Below are positions 1 to 8,377 of a stretch of DNA of 34,935 bases, piece by piece; position 1 is the first letter of the stretch, and the number at the start of each line of letters is the position of its first letter. The notes under the pieces were generated by a model. That model ran no database searches and was not told where the DNA came from. It saw only the letters and a program-made list of their open reading frames with translations. Both the position numbers and the translations under genes were made by a program. Origin of the DNA: Deltaproteobacteria bacterium HGW-Deltaproteobacteria-17 (GTDB taxonomy: Bacteria > Myxococcota_A > Polyangia > HGW-17); the NCBI GenBank assembly GCA_002841905.1, contig PHBF01000002.1, positions 1-34,935 on the forward strand, in the 5' to 3' direction.

Positions 1-10
1 CACCGCCTCG

Positions 11-865
11 ATGACCTGGCTCCCCTTCGGCGACGCGCCGCTGACCACCGAGTGCGGCACGACGACGTTTCTGGATCTCCAGGCCGATCCGCTGGGTCGG
101 CTCCACGTGCTCTCGGCGGGCGGGTGGCTGTGCCCGGATGCGGTGGACTACGCCTGGTGGGACGGCGCTGCGTGGCAGGCGTACCCCTCCCTCACCGGCG
201 ATCCGCGCCAGCTGGCCCACAACGCCACGGGCCGTCCGGCCATGGCGTGGTGGAACCAGACCAGCGACCACCGGCGGATCTTCGCCGTGGCCCGCAGCGC
301 GGGGGAGCTCCCGGACCGGGTCTCCGAGCACCGGGTGCTGGAGCCGTGGAGCTCGGGCTGGGGTGAAAGCCCGGCGCTGGACGAGGACCCCCTCCACGAC
401 GGCGGGGGCGAGGACCTCAGCCTGGCCTCCTCGGACGGCTATGGATTCCACTCCTTCTGCGCGGCCTGGACCGAGAACGTCTCCGGCGATCCCATGGTCC
501 AGGAGCATGACCTGTACGTGAAGTGCTATGACGGCCTGACCGAACACTTCATCCCCCTCGGAGACCAGGCTCTGGTGAGCCTGGATCACCGCGCGCGGTC
601 ACCCCACCTGCTCCATGTCGGGAGCGCCCTGTGGCTGGCCTACCTGGCCCGCGAGTCCGACGGCCCCGACTGGCGCTGGCACGTGCGCGTGGTGCGCTGG
701 CTGCCCGACTCCGAGGCCTGGGAGCTCGTCGGCACCGGCCTCGAGGACGCGTTCACCTCCGACTCCGAGGACCCGCACCTCCTCGTGCACGAGGGTCGCG
801 TGTTCCTGTCGTTCGTCGAGTTGACGGAGAACGCCGGTCCCCGCGTCCACATCAAGAAACCCTGA
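11..865 (+). CDS. hypothetical protein (Trp/Asp-rich); the frame is open back to base 2, so the true start may lie upstream of the window
   Basis: 284-aa ORF with the strong GC3 bias of the GC-rich flank. No catalytic motif recognised. Its stop TGA 863-865 abuts the stop of the convergent ackA. Confidence 0.55.
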   Translation: MTWLPFGDAPLTTECGTTTFLDLQADPLGRLHVLSAGGWLCPDAVDYAWWDGAAWQAYPSLTGDPRQLAHNATGRPAMAWWNQTSDHRRIFAVARSAGELPDRVSEHRVLEPWSSGWGESPALDEDPLHDGGGEDLSLASSDGYGFHSFCAAWTENVSGDPMVQEHDLYVKCYDGLTEHFIPLGDQALVSLDHRARSPHLLHVGSALWLAYLARESDGPDWRWHVRVVRWLPDSEAWELVGTGLEDAFTSDSEDPHLLVHEGRVFLSFVELTENAGPRVHIKKP

Positions 866-2065
866 TTATTTCGCCAGATCGTACGTGCGGGAGGCGATCA
901 TGCCCTCCTCGTCGGTGGGGATGACGAAGGCCGGGATGCGGCTGTCGGGGGTGGTGATCGCGCCGGTCCGGCCGCGGATCATGGCCTCGTTGACGTCGGC
1001 GTCGAGGGTGATGCCCAGGGCTTCGAGGCCCGACAGCACCACCGCGCGGGCGATGTGGTCGTTCTCGCCGATGCCGCCGGTGAAGACGATCGCGTCGCAG
1101 GTGCCCAGCAGGGCCAGGTAGCCGCCCAGGTAGAAGCGCACGCGGTGGCAGAACATCTCCACGGCCAGCAGGGCCCGCGGGTTGGCGTCCATGTTCTCCT
1201 CGAGGGTGCGCATGTCGTTGCCGATCCCGGAAATGCCGGCCAGCCCTGATTTGCGGTTGAGCAGGCGGTCCAGCTCGGCCGCGTCGGCGACCCAGCCGTT
1301 GCGCAGCAGGTGCACCAGCACCGCCGGATCGAGATCGCCGCTGCGGGTGCCCATCATCAGGCCCTGCAGGGGGGTCATGCCCATGGAGGTGTCCACGGAG
1401 CGGCCGCCCTCGATGGCGGTCATGGAGCAGCCGTTGCCCAGGTGGCAGGTGATCAGGTTGCACGCCGACAGCGGCCGGCCCAGGCGCGCGGCGGCCTCGA
1501 CGGCGACGTACTCGTGGGAGGTGCCGTGGAAGCCGTACTTGCGGATGCCGTGCTGCTCGTACAACTCCAGGGGCAGGGCGTAGAGGTAGGCCTTCTTGGG
1601 CAGCGTGTGGTGGAAGGCCGTGTCGAAGACGGCGACCTGCACGCAGGCGGGCAGCACGTCGCGGGCGGTGCGGATGCCCATGAGGTTGGGGGGGTTGTGC
1701 ACCGGCGCCAGCTCGGCGCACCGCGCGATGACGGCCTCGACGTCGGCGTCGATCACCACGGCCTCGCGGATGGACTCGCCGCCGTGCACCACACGGTGGC
1801 CCACCGCCTTGATCTCCGACAGGTCCTTGATCACGCCGGTCTCGCCGGTGGTGAGCGTCCTGAGGATGAAGTCCAGGCCGGCGCGGTGATCGGGCGCGTC
1901 GACCTCGAAGTTCCACTTGCCGTCGCCGGCGCGGTGGGTCAGGACGGCCGAGCCGGTCTCCCCGATGCGCTCGAGCACGCCGCGGGCGAGCACGCGCTTT
2001 TCGGGCATGTCGAACAGTTGGTACTTGATCGAGGAAGAGCCGCAGTTGATCACGAACACGAGCAT
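866..2065 (-). CDS. ackA: acetate kinase
   Basis: 399 aa. N-terminal VINCGSSSIKYQLF and internal GFHGTSHEYV match acetate/propionate kinase signatures. SD AGGAGG lies just upstream of the ATG ending at 2065. Confidence 0.95.
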   Translation of the reverse strand: MLVFVINCGSSSIKYQLFDMPEKRVLARGVLERIGETGSAVLTHRAGDGKWNFEVDAPDHRAGLDFILRTLTTGETGVIKDLSEIKAVGHRVVHGGESIREAVVIDADVEAVIARCAELAPVHNPPNLMGIRTARDVLPACVQVAVFDTAFHHTLPKKAYLYALPLELYEQHGIRKYGFHGTSHEYVAVEAAARLGRPLSACNLITCHLGNGCSMTAIEGGRSVDTSMGMTPLQGLMMGTRSGDLDPAVLVHLLRNGWVADAAELDRLLNRKSGLAGISGIGNDMRTLEENMDANPRALLAVEMFCHRVRFYLGGYLALLGTCDAIVFTGGIGENDHIARAVVLSGLEALGITLDADVNEAMIRGRTGAITTPDSRIPAFVIPTDEEGMIASRTYDLAK

Positions 2066-2259
2066 GGGATGTGGACCTCCTGTTTGGGCTCCGGAGCGTC
2101 CGTCCGGAGCGGCGACCCGCCCACGCTACTTGAACCCGATCCGGTGTGCAAGTCTGAACTGTTTATCTTTTCACAAAACCTGCGGAATGCGCCGGAACCA
2201 GAACTTTTGTTCGCCAACCGGGCGATTTGGGGTATACTTCCGGAGCTTCAGGTGGTGCC

Positions 2260-4107
2260 ATGATATCCATGAAGAAATACGCGACCCTTTCCCTCCTTGT
2301 TCTTCTCTCCCTGACCCTTTTCCAGTGCGCCAAGGGCAGCGGCAGCGCCTCCTGCGGCGACGGCGTGTGCGCGTCGACCGAGAGCGCTGAATCCTGCCCG
2401 GCCGACTGCACGACCGAAGGCTGCGGCAACGGCGAGATCGAAGGCGCCGAGGAGTGCGACGGCGGCGACCTGGGCGGCGCCACCTGCGTGTCCCTGGGCT
2501 TCGCCTCCGGCAGCCTCGGCTGCACGACCTCCTGCGAGTACAACACCGGCTTCTGCCGCGCGGAATGCAACCACGCGTGCGAGACCCTGGGCCTCACCCG
2601 GTGCGCGGGCAACACCCTGGAGACCTGCGCCAACGACGCCCAGTCCTGCCGGATCTGGGAGGCCACCACCGACTGCACCACCACCTCCCAGGTGTGCGAC
2701 GACTCCTCGGGCACGGCCGGCTGCGCGGACTCCTGCTCGGACGCCTGCACCCTCGACGACAAACGCTGCACGGTGAACATGCTGCAGCGCTGCCAGACCG
2801 GCGAGAACGGCTGCACCCAGTGGAAGGACATGCAGGACTGCGCGCTGACCAACTGGGTCTGCACGGGCACCGGGGCCGGCGCCGCCTGCACCGATCCCTG
2901 CACCCATGAGTGCGACGCGGGCGCCCCCCCGCAGTGCAGCGGCACCACCGTGCAGACCTGCGGCGCCGACGGCGACGGCTGCCGGATCTGGGTCGACGGC
3001 ACCGACTGTGCGACCCTGGGCCAGGTGTGCTCCGGCGGCGCCTGCTCCTGCGTCAACGAGTGCACCTCCGGCAGCACCCGCTGCCTGGGCACCGTGCGCC
3101 AGTCGTGCACCACCAGCGGCTCGGGCTGCCTGGTGTGGACCACCGTGCAGGACTGCGCCGCCTCGTCCCAGTTGTGCGACACCTCCTCGGGCTCGGCCCA
3201 GTGCGTGAACACGTGCACCAACACCTGCGCCTCGGGCGCGGTGCGCTGCCTGGGCGACGTGATCCAGACCTGCCAGACCGTGGCCAGCGGCTGCCTCGAC
3301 TGGGTCGACGGCACCAACTGCGCCGCGACGGGCCGCTCGTGCTCGGGCAGCACCTGCGTGTGCAACAACGCCTGCTCGGCCGGCCAGACGCGCTGCCTGG
3401 GCGACGTCACGCAGTCCTGCGTCCAGGACGCCTACGGCTGCTACGCCTTCGTCAACGGCACCGACTGCGCCGCCCTGGGCCAGACCTGCCTGGGCGGCTC
3501 CTGCCAGGCCCCCGCAGGCGCCTACACCTGCTCGGCGCTCTCCCCGACCTACACGACCATCCGCTCCACGGGCACCGTCCTCACGGCCAACACCTACGAC
3601 GACGACAACCGCTACGCCTTCACCCTCCCGTTCACCTTCCGCTACTACGGCATGAACTACACCGGCGGCTACCTGTGCTCCAACGGCTGGGCCTCCTTCG
3701 GCGCCGATCCGGGCACCAACAACTACAGCAACGGCGCGCTCCCCGACGGGGTGGCCCCCAACGCCGCGATCTTCATCTTCTGGGACGACCTGGTGTACGA
3801 CCAGGCCACCTGGCCCGAGGCGCGGCTGCTCACCCAGACCCTCGGGACCGCCCCCAACCGCGTGTTCGTGCTCGAATGGCACCAGATGCGCACCCTCGGT
3901 TCGGGCACCTCGGCCAGGGGCTCCTTCCAGATCCGCCTGTACGAGACCACCAACGCCTTCGAGGTCATCTACGACCGCGCCAACTGGCTGGGCACCACCT
4001 GGAGCGCCACGGTGGGCTACGAGAACGCCGCCGGCACCGAGGGCGGGGACGTGGGCACCGCCTTCACCGCGCCCCCCGCGGACAACTACCGCTGCGTCCC
4101 GAATTGA
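2260..4107 (+). CDS. secreted (possibly lipo-)protein with six Cys-rich repeat modules and a C-terminal globular domain
   Basis: Signal peptide MISMKKYATLSLLVLLSLTLFQC. N-terminal CGDGVC / CGNGEIEGAEECD modules are followed by six ~50-aa C-x3-C...RC.G...Q.C....GC..W.....C repeats. The C-terminal ~190 aa are Cys-poor (FTLPFTFRYYG...NGWASFG). Start chosen at ATG 2260 after GGTGG; the track ORF starts at 2227. Confidence 0.85.
   Translation: MISMKKYATLSLLVLLSLTLFQCAKGSGSASCGDGVCASTESAESCPADCTTEGCGNGEIEGAEECDGGDLGGATCVSLGFASGSLGCTTSCEYNTGFCRAECNHACETLGLTRCAGNTLETCANDAQSCRIWEATTDCTTTSQVCDDSSGTAGCADSCSDACTLDDKRCTVNMLQRCQTGENGCTQWKDMQDCALTNWVCTGTGAGAACTDPCTHECDAGAPPQCSGTTVQTCGADGDGCRIWVDGTDCATLGQVCSGGACSCVNECTSGSTRCLGTVRQSCTTSGSGCLVWTTVQDCAASSQLCDTSSGSAQCVNTCTNTCASGAVRCLGDVIQTCQTVASGCLDWVDGTNCAATGRSCSGSTCVCNNACSAGQTRCLGDVTQSCVQDAYGCYAFVNGTDCAALGQTCLGGSCQAPAGAYTCSALSPTYTTIRSTGTVLTANTYDDDNRYAFTLPFTFRYYGMNYTGGYLCSNGWASFGADPGTNNYSNGALPDGVAPNAAIFIFWDDLVYDQATWPEARLLTQTLGTAPNRVFVLEWHQMRTLGSGTSARGSFQIRLYETTNAFEVIYDRANWLGTTWSATVGYENAAGTEGGDVGTAFTAPPADNYRCVPN
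2566..3507 (+). repeat. six tandem in-frame Cys-rich coding repeats (~141-165 nt each) inside the 2260-4107 CDS
   Basis: The repeated protein pattern starts at CNHAC, CSDAC, CTHEC, CVNEC, CTNTC and CNNAC, each followed by RC.G, Q.C, GC..W and D/N-C. Confidence 0.8.
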
Positions 4108-4125
4108 GGGGGCGGCAGGGCAGGG

Positions 4126-4222
4126 ATTCGGATTTCATCGGAAATCCATTGTACCGCCCGCAACGGGCGGTTGACCGATTCTAGCCCCGGGTTGGAGCGA
4201 CCGGCCCCCGGTCGCCCAACCC
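4126..4222. terminator. cluster of GC-rich hairpins between convergent genes (likely bidirectional terminator / REP-like element)
   Basis: GGATTTC-atcg-GAAATCC (4130-4147). CCGCCCG-caa-CGGGCGG (4154-4170). Nested GGGTTGG..GACCGG-ccc-CCGGTC..CCAACCC (4189-4222). Confidence 0.5.
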
Positions 4223-4315
4223 GTGGATCACATCAAAAGAAAGAAATGACCCAAAGCCCTGGGACCATCCCCTGTCCGGATTTCAGACGCTTTCCTCTAC
4301 CCGTCCGCCGCCCCG

Positions 4316-4906
4316 TCAAAAACTCAGAAAGATCCCCAGATAACCGATGGAACTCTCGACCCAGCGGGCGCCGCCGGAGAGCCAGATGGAGTGGACGCGC
4401 ACGCCCAGATCGATGGCCAGCGACCGGCTCAGGGGCAGCAGCAGGCCCGCGGGCACCGACACCATGAAGCCCTCGGTGTCCTCGTTGAGGGTGCTGGCGT
4501 GGATCTTCGCGTTGACGTCGTCACCCGTGCGCGAAAAGCTCAGCATGCCGAGCTCGGCACCGATGTAGCCGTAGAAGTGATACAGTTGCTTGTAGTAGCG
4601 CGCGCCGGCGGTGAAGCCGAGCATGTCGGGCTGGTTGAAGAAGTCGTTGCCGAACGGGCTCTGGACATACAGGCTGCCCGAGATCGCCAGGGTAGGGAGC
4701 ACGAACAGGCCGACCCACGGGTTGGCGGTCATGATCCTGCCGCTGGAGCGGACGTTGTTCTCGTCGGTGTACGAGATCAGGTCCATGGTCAGGCTCCCGC
4801 CGCCGGTCTTGGTCCACTGGTCGATGTTCATCGGCGTCCGGGCCGCGGCCCCACCGCCGGGGAGCATCGCCCCCACAAAGGCACATATCAGGAACAATGA
4901 CTTCAT
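4316..4906 (-). CDS. small outer-membrane beta-barrel protein (OmpW/OmpX-like size class), unknown function
   Basis: Start at MKSLFLICAFVGAM... (ATG ending at 4906) preceded by GGGAGGAAG. Signal peptide, alternating hydrophobic pattern and C-terminal ...YLGIFLSF ending in Phe, as in OM beta-barrels. Confidence 0.7.
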   Translation of the reverse strand: MKSLFLICAFVGAMLPGGGAAARTPMNIDQWTKTGGGSLTMDLISYTDENNVRSSGRIMTANPWVGLFVLPTLAISGSLYVQSPFGNDFFNQPDMLGFTAGARYYKQLYHFYGYIGAELGMLSFSRTGDDVNAKIHASTLNEDTEGFMVSVPAGLLLPLSRSLAIDLGVRVHSIWLSGGARWVESSIGYLGIFLSF

Positions 4907-5042
4907 GATCGCTTCCTCCCATCCGGAATCGAGTGTGCAACCCCCGTCGAAAAACGCAAGCACTTTATGCCTTTCCCCATTTTGGGACTGCGCCGCCCCG
5001 GCGCAGCCGGCGCGGGTCCCCCTCCCCCGCCCTTTTCCCCCC

Positions 5043-5070
5043 TTGACCTCCAGTCCCCGATTGCATTAAA
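5043..5070 (+). promoter_or_regulatory. sigma70-like promoter candidate for paralogue 1
   Basis: TTGACC (5043-5048), 16-nt spacer, ATTAAA (5065-5070), about 37 nt upstream of ATG 5107. Confidence 0.35.
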
Positions 5071-5106
5071 AAAGACCCGACAACGACGCCCCGGATGGCA
5101 GGCGAC

Positions 5107-6699
5107 ATGGCCAAAAACGATCGCAAGAAGAAGAAAACCACCCCCAGGAAGAATCCCGCCCACGCCCAGCAGGAGCGGCGGCGGCGCATCAACGAATGGA
5201 TGGACCTGGTGGGCCGCATGTGCGAGGCCTGCGGGGCCGGCGACCTGTTCGGCAGCCTCACCGAGTCGGAGCGCAGCTACTTCGAGGCCGCGCGGGTGCC
5301 ACCGATCCAGCTGCGCAAGGCCGCCGGGCACGAGATCCCTGCCGAGGTCTTCTCGCGCCTCGACAGCCTGTTCCGGAACACGATCCAGAAGGACGTCGTG
5401 CACGTGCCTCCCAGTAAAAAACTGATCGGTCTGGGTGAGTTCCTCCGCGCCGAGGCCGCGCTGCGCGGAATCTACATTTACAGTCTGACCTCGACCAAGG
5501 ATCGCGCGGCCCGCTGGGTCGAGCGGCTCGAGCCGTTCAAGAGTTTCGTCGACGACAAGGACGCTCACGTGATGTCGCCCATGATGAAACTATGGACCTT
5601 GATGTCCTACTACGGAGCCTTGTGCGGGGACATGAAACGCATGGTGTTTCCGGTGCGGCTCCAATGGGAGACCCAGACGAAGGAACTCTCCAGGATGTTC
5701 CAGTACTTCGAGATCTCCTCCATGCCTGCGGAGCATCGCGTGTTCCAGTTGGGACAGCAGAAGCGGCGTTCATACCGGCTCCTCGTCCAGTCCGTGGTGG
5801 CCCTGAAGGTCTATCCCGCCGAACTTTCCACCAAGGTGATCCCGGGTCTGGAGGACCAGCCCGAACGGCGCCTGCCCGTGTACGTGCAGGAGCACGTCCG
5901 CCTGCGCATGAACGAGCGCCTGGATCCCCTGGCCGAGGATGAGATGGACCACCTGCTCGGGGACACGATGACGAGCCCGAAGACCGTGCCGCTGCGGGGC
6001 GGCGCCTTTCTCATCGAGCTGCAGATGTATCATTGCCTCCTCGGTTATGTGGTGGCCGAGGTCGTCAACGACGGCGGCGGGAACGCCGGCGAGGCGGTGC
6101 TCATGCGCACGTTCCTGTTCGTGACCCAGTCGGGCACCCCCGAGGGCGACCGGTTCAACGAGCGGCTGAAGGTGGGAAACTATGAGAAGAGCTATTTCAG
6201 GCTCGACCGGCTGGCGCCCTTCATGACCACGGACCTGTGCCTGGATCCCGTGTTCCAGGGGATCCTCCGGGAGTGCGGCATCGGCGACCTCATCGAGGTC
6301 GTGAAGATCAACCGCCAGATCCGCAGCTCCCTGGAGACCCGCGAAGGCAACGCCGAGGACATCCGCAACCTGCTCAACATCGATGCGCCCAGCCCGGGGG
6401 ACACGCCGCCGGGTTCCCGGTCGGGCTCCGGTCGCGACTCCACGTCCGCTCCCGCTCCGTCGCCGCGCCGCTTCCGGATTCTTCGCCGGGGCCACCGTCG
6501 CCCCCTCAACGCGTTTGTGCGTCGCCCGTGGATTCCCAAACCCCTGCCCGCGCCAACTCCGCCGCCCCCTCCAGTTCCGTCGTTCCCGGGCCCCCGCCGT
6601 CGCGCCTTCGTTCCGTTGAACGCCCGTCGCCGTCTGCGTTACAAATGTCCCCAACACCGATCCCTGGATGACAGACACCATGGCCAAGAACGACCGTAA
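5107..6699 (+). CDS. unknown-function protein, paralogue 1 of a tandem pair (basic N-terminus, basic C-terminal motif, run-on tail)
   Basis: MAKNDRKKKKTTPRKNPAHAQQERRRRINEW... is collinear with the next gene over about 470 aa. They share blocks LMRTFLFVTQSGTPEGDR.NERL.VG.YEK.YF and RILRRG.RRP...FVRRP. Start placed at the ATG (5107) homologous to that of paralogue 2. Confidence 0.8.
   Translation: MAKNDRKKKKTTPRKNPAHAQQERRRRINEWMDLVGRMCEACGAGDLFGSLTESERSYFEAARVPPIQLRKAAGHEIPAEVFSRLDSLFRNTIQKDVVHVPPSKKLIGLGEFLRAEAALRGIYIYSLTSTKDRAARWVERLEPFKSFVDDKDAHVMSPMMKLWTLMSYYGALCGDMKRMVFPVRLQWETQTKELSRMFQYFEISSMPAEHRVFQLGQQKRRSYRLLVQSVVALKVYPAELSTKVIPGLEDQPERRLPVYVQEHVRLRMNERLDPLAEDEMDHLLGDTMTSPKTVPLRGGAFLIELQMYHCLLGYVVAEVVNDGGGNAGEAVLMRTFLFVTQSGTPEGDRFNERLKVGNYEKSYFRLDRLAPFMTTDLCLDPVFQGILRECGIGDLIEVVKINRQIRSSLETREGNAEDIRNLLNIDAPSPGDTPPGSRSGSGRDSTSAPAPSPRRFRILRRGHRRPLNAFVRRPWIPKPLPAPTPPPPPVPSFPGPRRRAFVPLNARRRLRYKCPQHRSLDDRHHGQERP
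6616..6644 (+). promoter_or_regulatory. sigma70-like promoter candidate for paralogue 2, lying inside the 3' tail of paralogue 1
   Basis: TTGAAC (6616-6621), 17-nt spacer, TTACAA (6639-6644), about 36 nt upstream of ATG 6680. The geometry matches the 5043-5070 candidate. Confidence 0.35.
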
Positions 6700-8146
6700 G
6701 AAGAAGAGCACCGCGAAGAAGAACCCCGCCCACGTGGAGCAGGAGCGGCGGCGCCGCCTCAACGAGTGGAAGGACCTGCTGCGCCGGATCTGCGTCTCCC
6801 AGGGGGTGGGCGACCTGTTCGACGCCCCGACCCAGTGGGAGCGTTTTTACTTCGAGACCTACCGGTTTTCCCCGTTCCAGTTGCGCAAGGCGCCCGGGCA
6901 TGACATCCCGAAGGAGGTCTTCGCCCAGCTCGAGTCGTTGCTGAAAAACGCGCAGGAGACCCATCCCGTGATCATCCCGGGCGGGCTTCGCCTGCCGTGC
7001 GGCGACTACCTGCGGGCGGTGTCCTGCCTGCGGGCCTTCCACCACCACTGCACCCGGGGCAAGGATGAGCGTTTTGCCCGGTGGGTCGCGGCCCTGGATC
7101 CCCTGCTCGAGTTCGACCATTCCACGGAGAAGGGTCTTCCTCCCCTGCTCAGCCTGTGGTCGCTGATGTGTTACTTCGCCGCGCTGGCTGGGGATATGGA
7201 CAAGGAGATCTATCCGGTCCTGTTCCAGCATGAGCGCCGCTACAACCCGGACATGCTGCTATACTACTTCGAGGTCTCCACCCTCCCGGCGCAGCACCGG
7301 ACCTTCACGGTGGGAAAGGAACGCCGCCGCTCCTTCCGACTCTTCTTCCAGTCGGTCTATTCGATGCAGGTGTCCCCGGGGGAGCTCTCCTCGCGCGAGA
7401 TCCCGGGGATGCAGGACCAGGAGGAGCGCCTCCTGCCGGTGTTCGTGCAGGACCACGTCCGCCAGCGCATGATCGAACGGCTGGCGCCGTTTGATCCGAT
7501 CGAGATCGACCACCTGCTCGGGGACACCATGCGCTTCAAGCGAACGATCCCGGGGGGTCGTCCCGGGACGTTCCTGATCTCGCTGGAGATGTACCAATGC
7601 CGGCTGGGCTATGTGGTGGCCGAGGTCATCGACGACGCGGTGCTCATGCGCACGTTCCTGTTCGTGACCCAGTCGGGCACCCCCGAGGGGGACCGGCTCA
7701 ACGAACGCCTGCGCGTGGGCAAATATGAGAAGACCTACTTCGGGATCGACCGGCTCAGCCTGTTCCTGACCACCGATCTGTGCATGGATCCGGCGTTTCG
7801 CGGGATCCTCACGGAGTGCGGCATCGACGATCTCATCAAGGTGGTGGAGATCAACCGCGAGCTGCGCTCCAGCCTGCGGACCAAGGAAGGCTACGCCGAG
7901 AAGCTGCGCCACTGGCTCAACCTCGACGTGGAGCCGGAGAAGCCCAAGGTGAAGGCCGCATCGAATCCGCCGGCCGAAGAGCCTCCGTCTGTGGTGACGC
8001 CGGCCGAAGAGCCGCCGTCCGAAGCCGCCTGTGAATCCGACCCTGCGCCCCCGTCGGCCCCGGATTCCATCCGCCGGATTCGTATCCTGCGCCGGGGCCT
8101 CCGCCGCCCCATCACCTCGTTCGTCCGCCGCCCCCGCGCCGGGTGA
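6680..8146 (+). CDS. unknown-function protein, paralogue 2 of the tandem pair
   Basis: MAKNDRKKKSTAKKNPAHVEQERRRRLNEW... By eye about half the positions are identical to paralogue 1. It ends ...IRRIRILRRGLRRPITSFVRRPRAG. Confidence 0.85.
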   Translation: MAKNDRKKKSTAKKNPAHVEQERRRRLNEWKDLLRRICVSQGVGDLFDAPTQWERFYFETYRFSPFQLRKAPGHDIPKEVFAQLESLLKNAQETHPVIIPGGLRLPCGDYLRAVSCLRAFHHHCTRGKDERFARWVAALDPLLEFDHSTEKGLPPLLSLWSLMCYFAALAGDMDKEIYPVLFQHERRYNPDMLLYYFEVSTLPAQHRTFTVGKERRRSFRLFFQSVYSMQVSPGELSSREIPGMQDQEERLLPVFVQDHVRQRMIERLAPFDPIEIDHLLGDTMRFKRTIPGGRPGTFLISLEMYQCRLGYVVAEVIDDAVLMRTFLFVTQSGTPEGDRLNERLRVGKYEKTYFGIDRLSLFLTTDLCMDPAFRGILTECGIDDLIKVVEINRELRSSLRTKEGYAEKLRHWLNLDVEPEKPKVKAASNPPAEEPPSVVTPAEEPPSEAACESDPAPPSAPDSIRRIRILRRGLRRPITSFVRRPRAG

Positions 8147-8167
8147 CGCCGCCGCCGCATCGGTCCT

Positions 8168-8197
8168 TTCGCGGGATATTCGCTGTTCATCCGCGCG
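8168..8197. repeat. left copy of a 30-bp direct repeat (fragment of the SnoaL-like gene)
   Basis: TTCGCGGGATATTCGCTGTTCATCCGCGCG matches 9707-9736 with one mismatch, including a 24-bp identical core. On the minus strand it encodes ..RMNSEYPAKG.., as in the gene at 9499-9879. Confidence 0.85.
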
Positions 8198-8206
8198 TAT
8201 CATGGA

Positions 8207-8377
8207 TCAACAGCCGGCGTGGTCCAGGAGCCTGCGAATGAAACCTGCCACGTCGGCCTGGGTTCCTGCATCGGGCCCTCCGTGGATGAACTCGGCGACT
8301 CTGCGCGGACCCAAGGCATCATGGTCCAGGAAGTCGCGTTTCAACACCCCCATGGCGGTCCTGGGCTTATCGGTCAT
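8207..8377 (-). CDS. possible 56-aa ORF overlapping the stop of the AbiEi-like gene (perhaps a truncated partner gene)
   Basis: MTDKPRTAMGVLKRDFLDHDALGPRRVAEFIHGGPDAGTQADVAGFIRRLLDHAGC. High GC3. It overlaps the upstream gene end by 11 nt and stops 10 nt from the 30-bp repeat. Too short for the ORF track. Confidence 0.25.
   Translation of the reverse strand: MTDKPRTAMGVLKRDFLDHDALGPRRVAEFIHGGPDAGTQADVAGFIRRLLDHAGC

Noticed and set aside
852-1916. Long antisense or out-of-frame ORFs across GC-rich genes: 852-1916, 1310-2263, 2163-3410, 2248-3882, 2910-4184, 4903-5568, 5770-6762, 6506-7231, 7259-8203, 12886-13923, 27507-28538, 29096-29827, 30904-31836, 31449-32486, 33765-34457
   Set aside because: These are typical high-GC shadow ORFs. 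Their translations are Arg/Gly/Pro/Ala-rich and low-complexity, and each overlaps a gene with clear family motifs or a better codon pattern on the other strand or in another frame.
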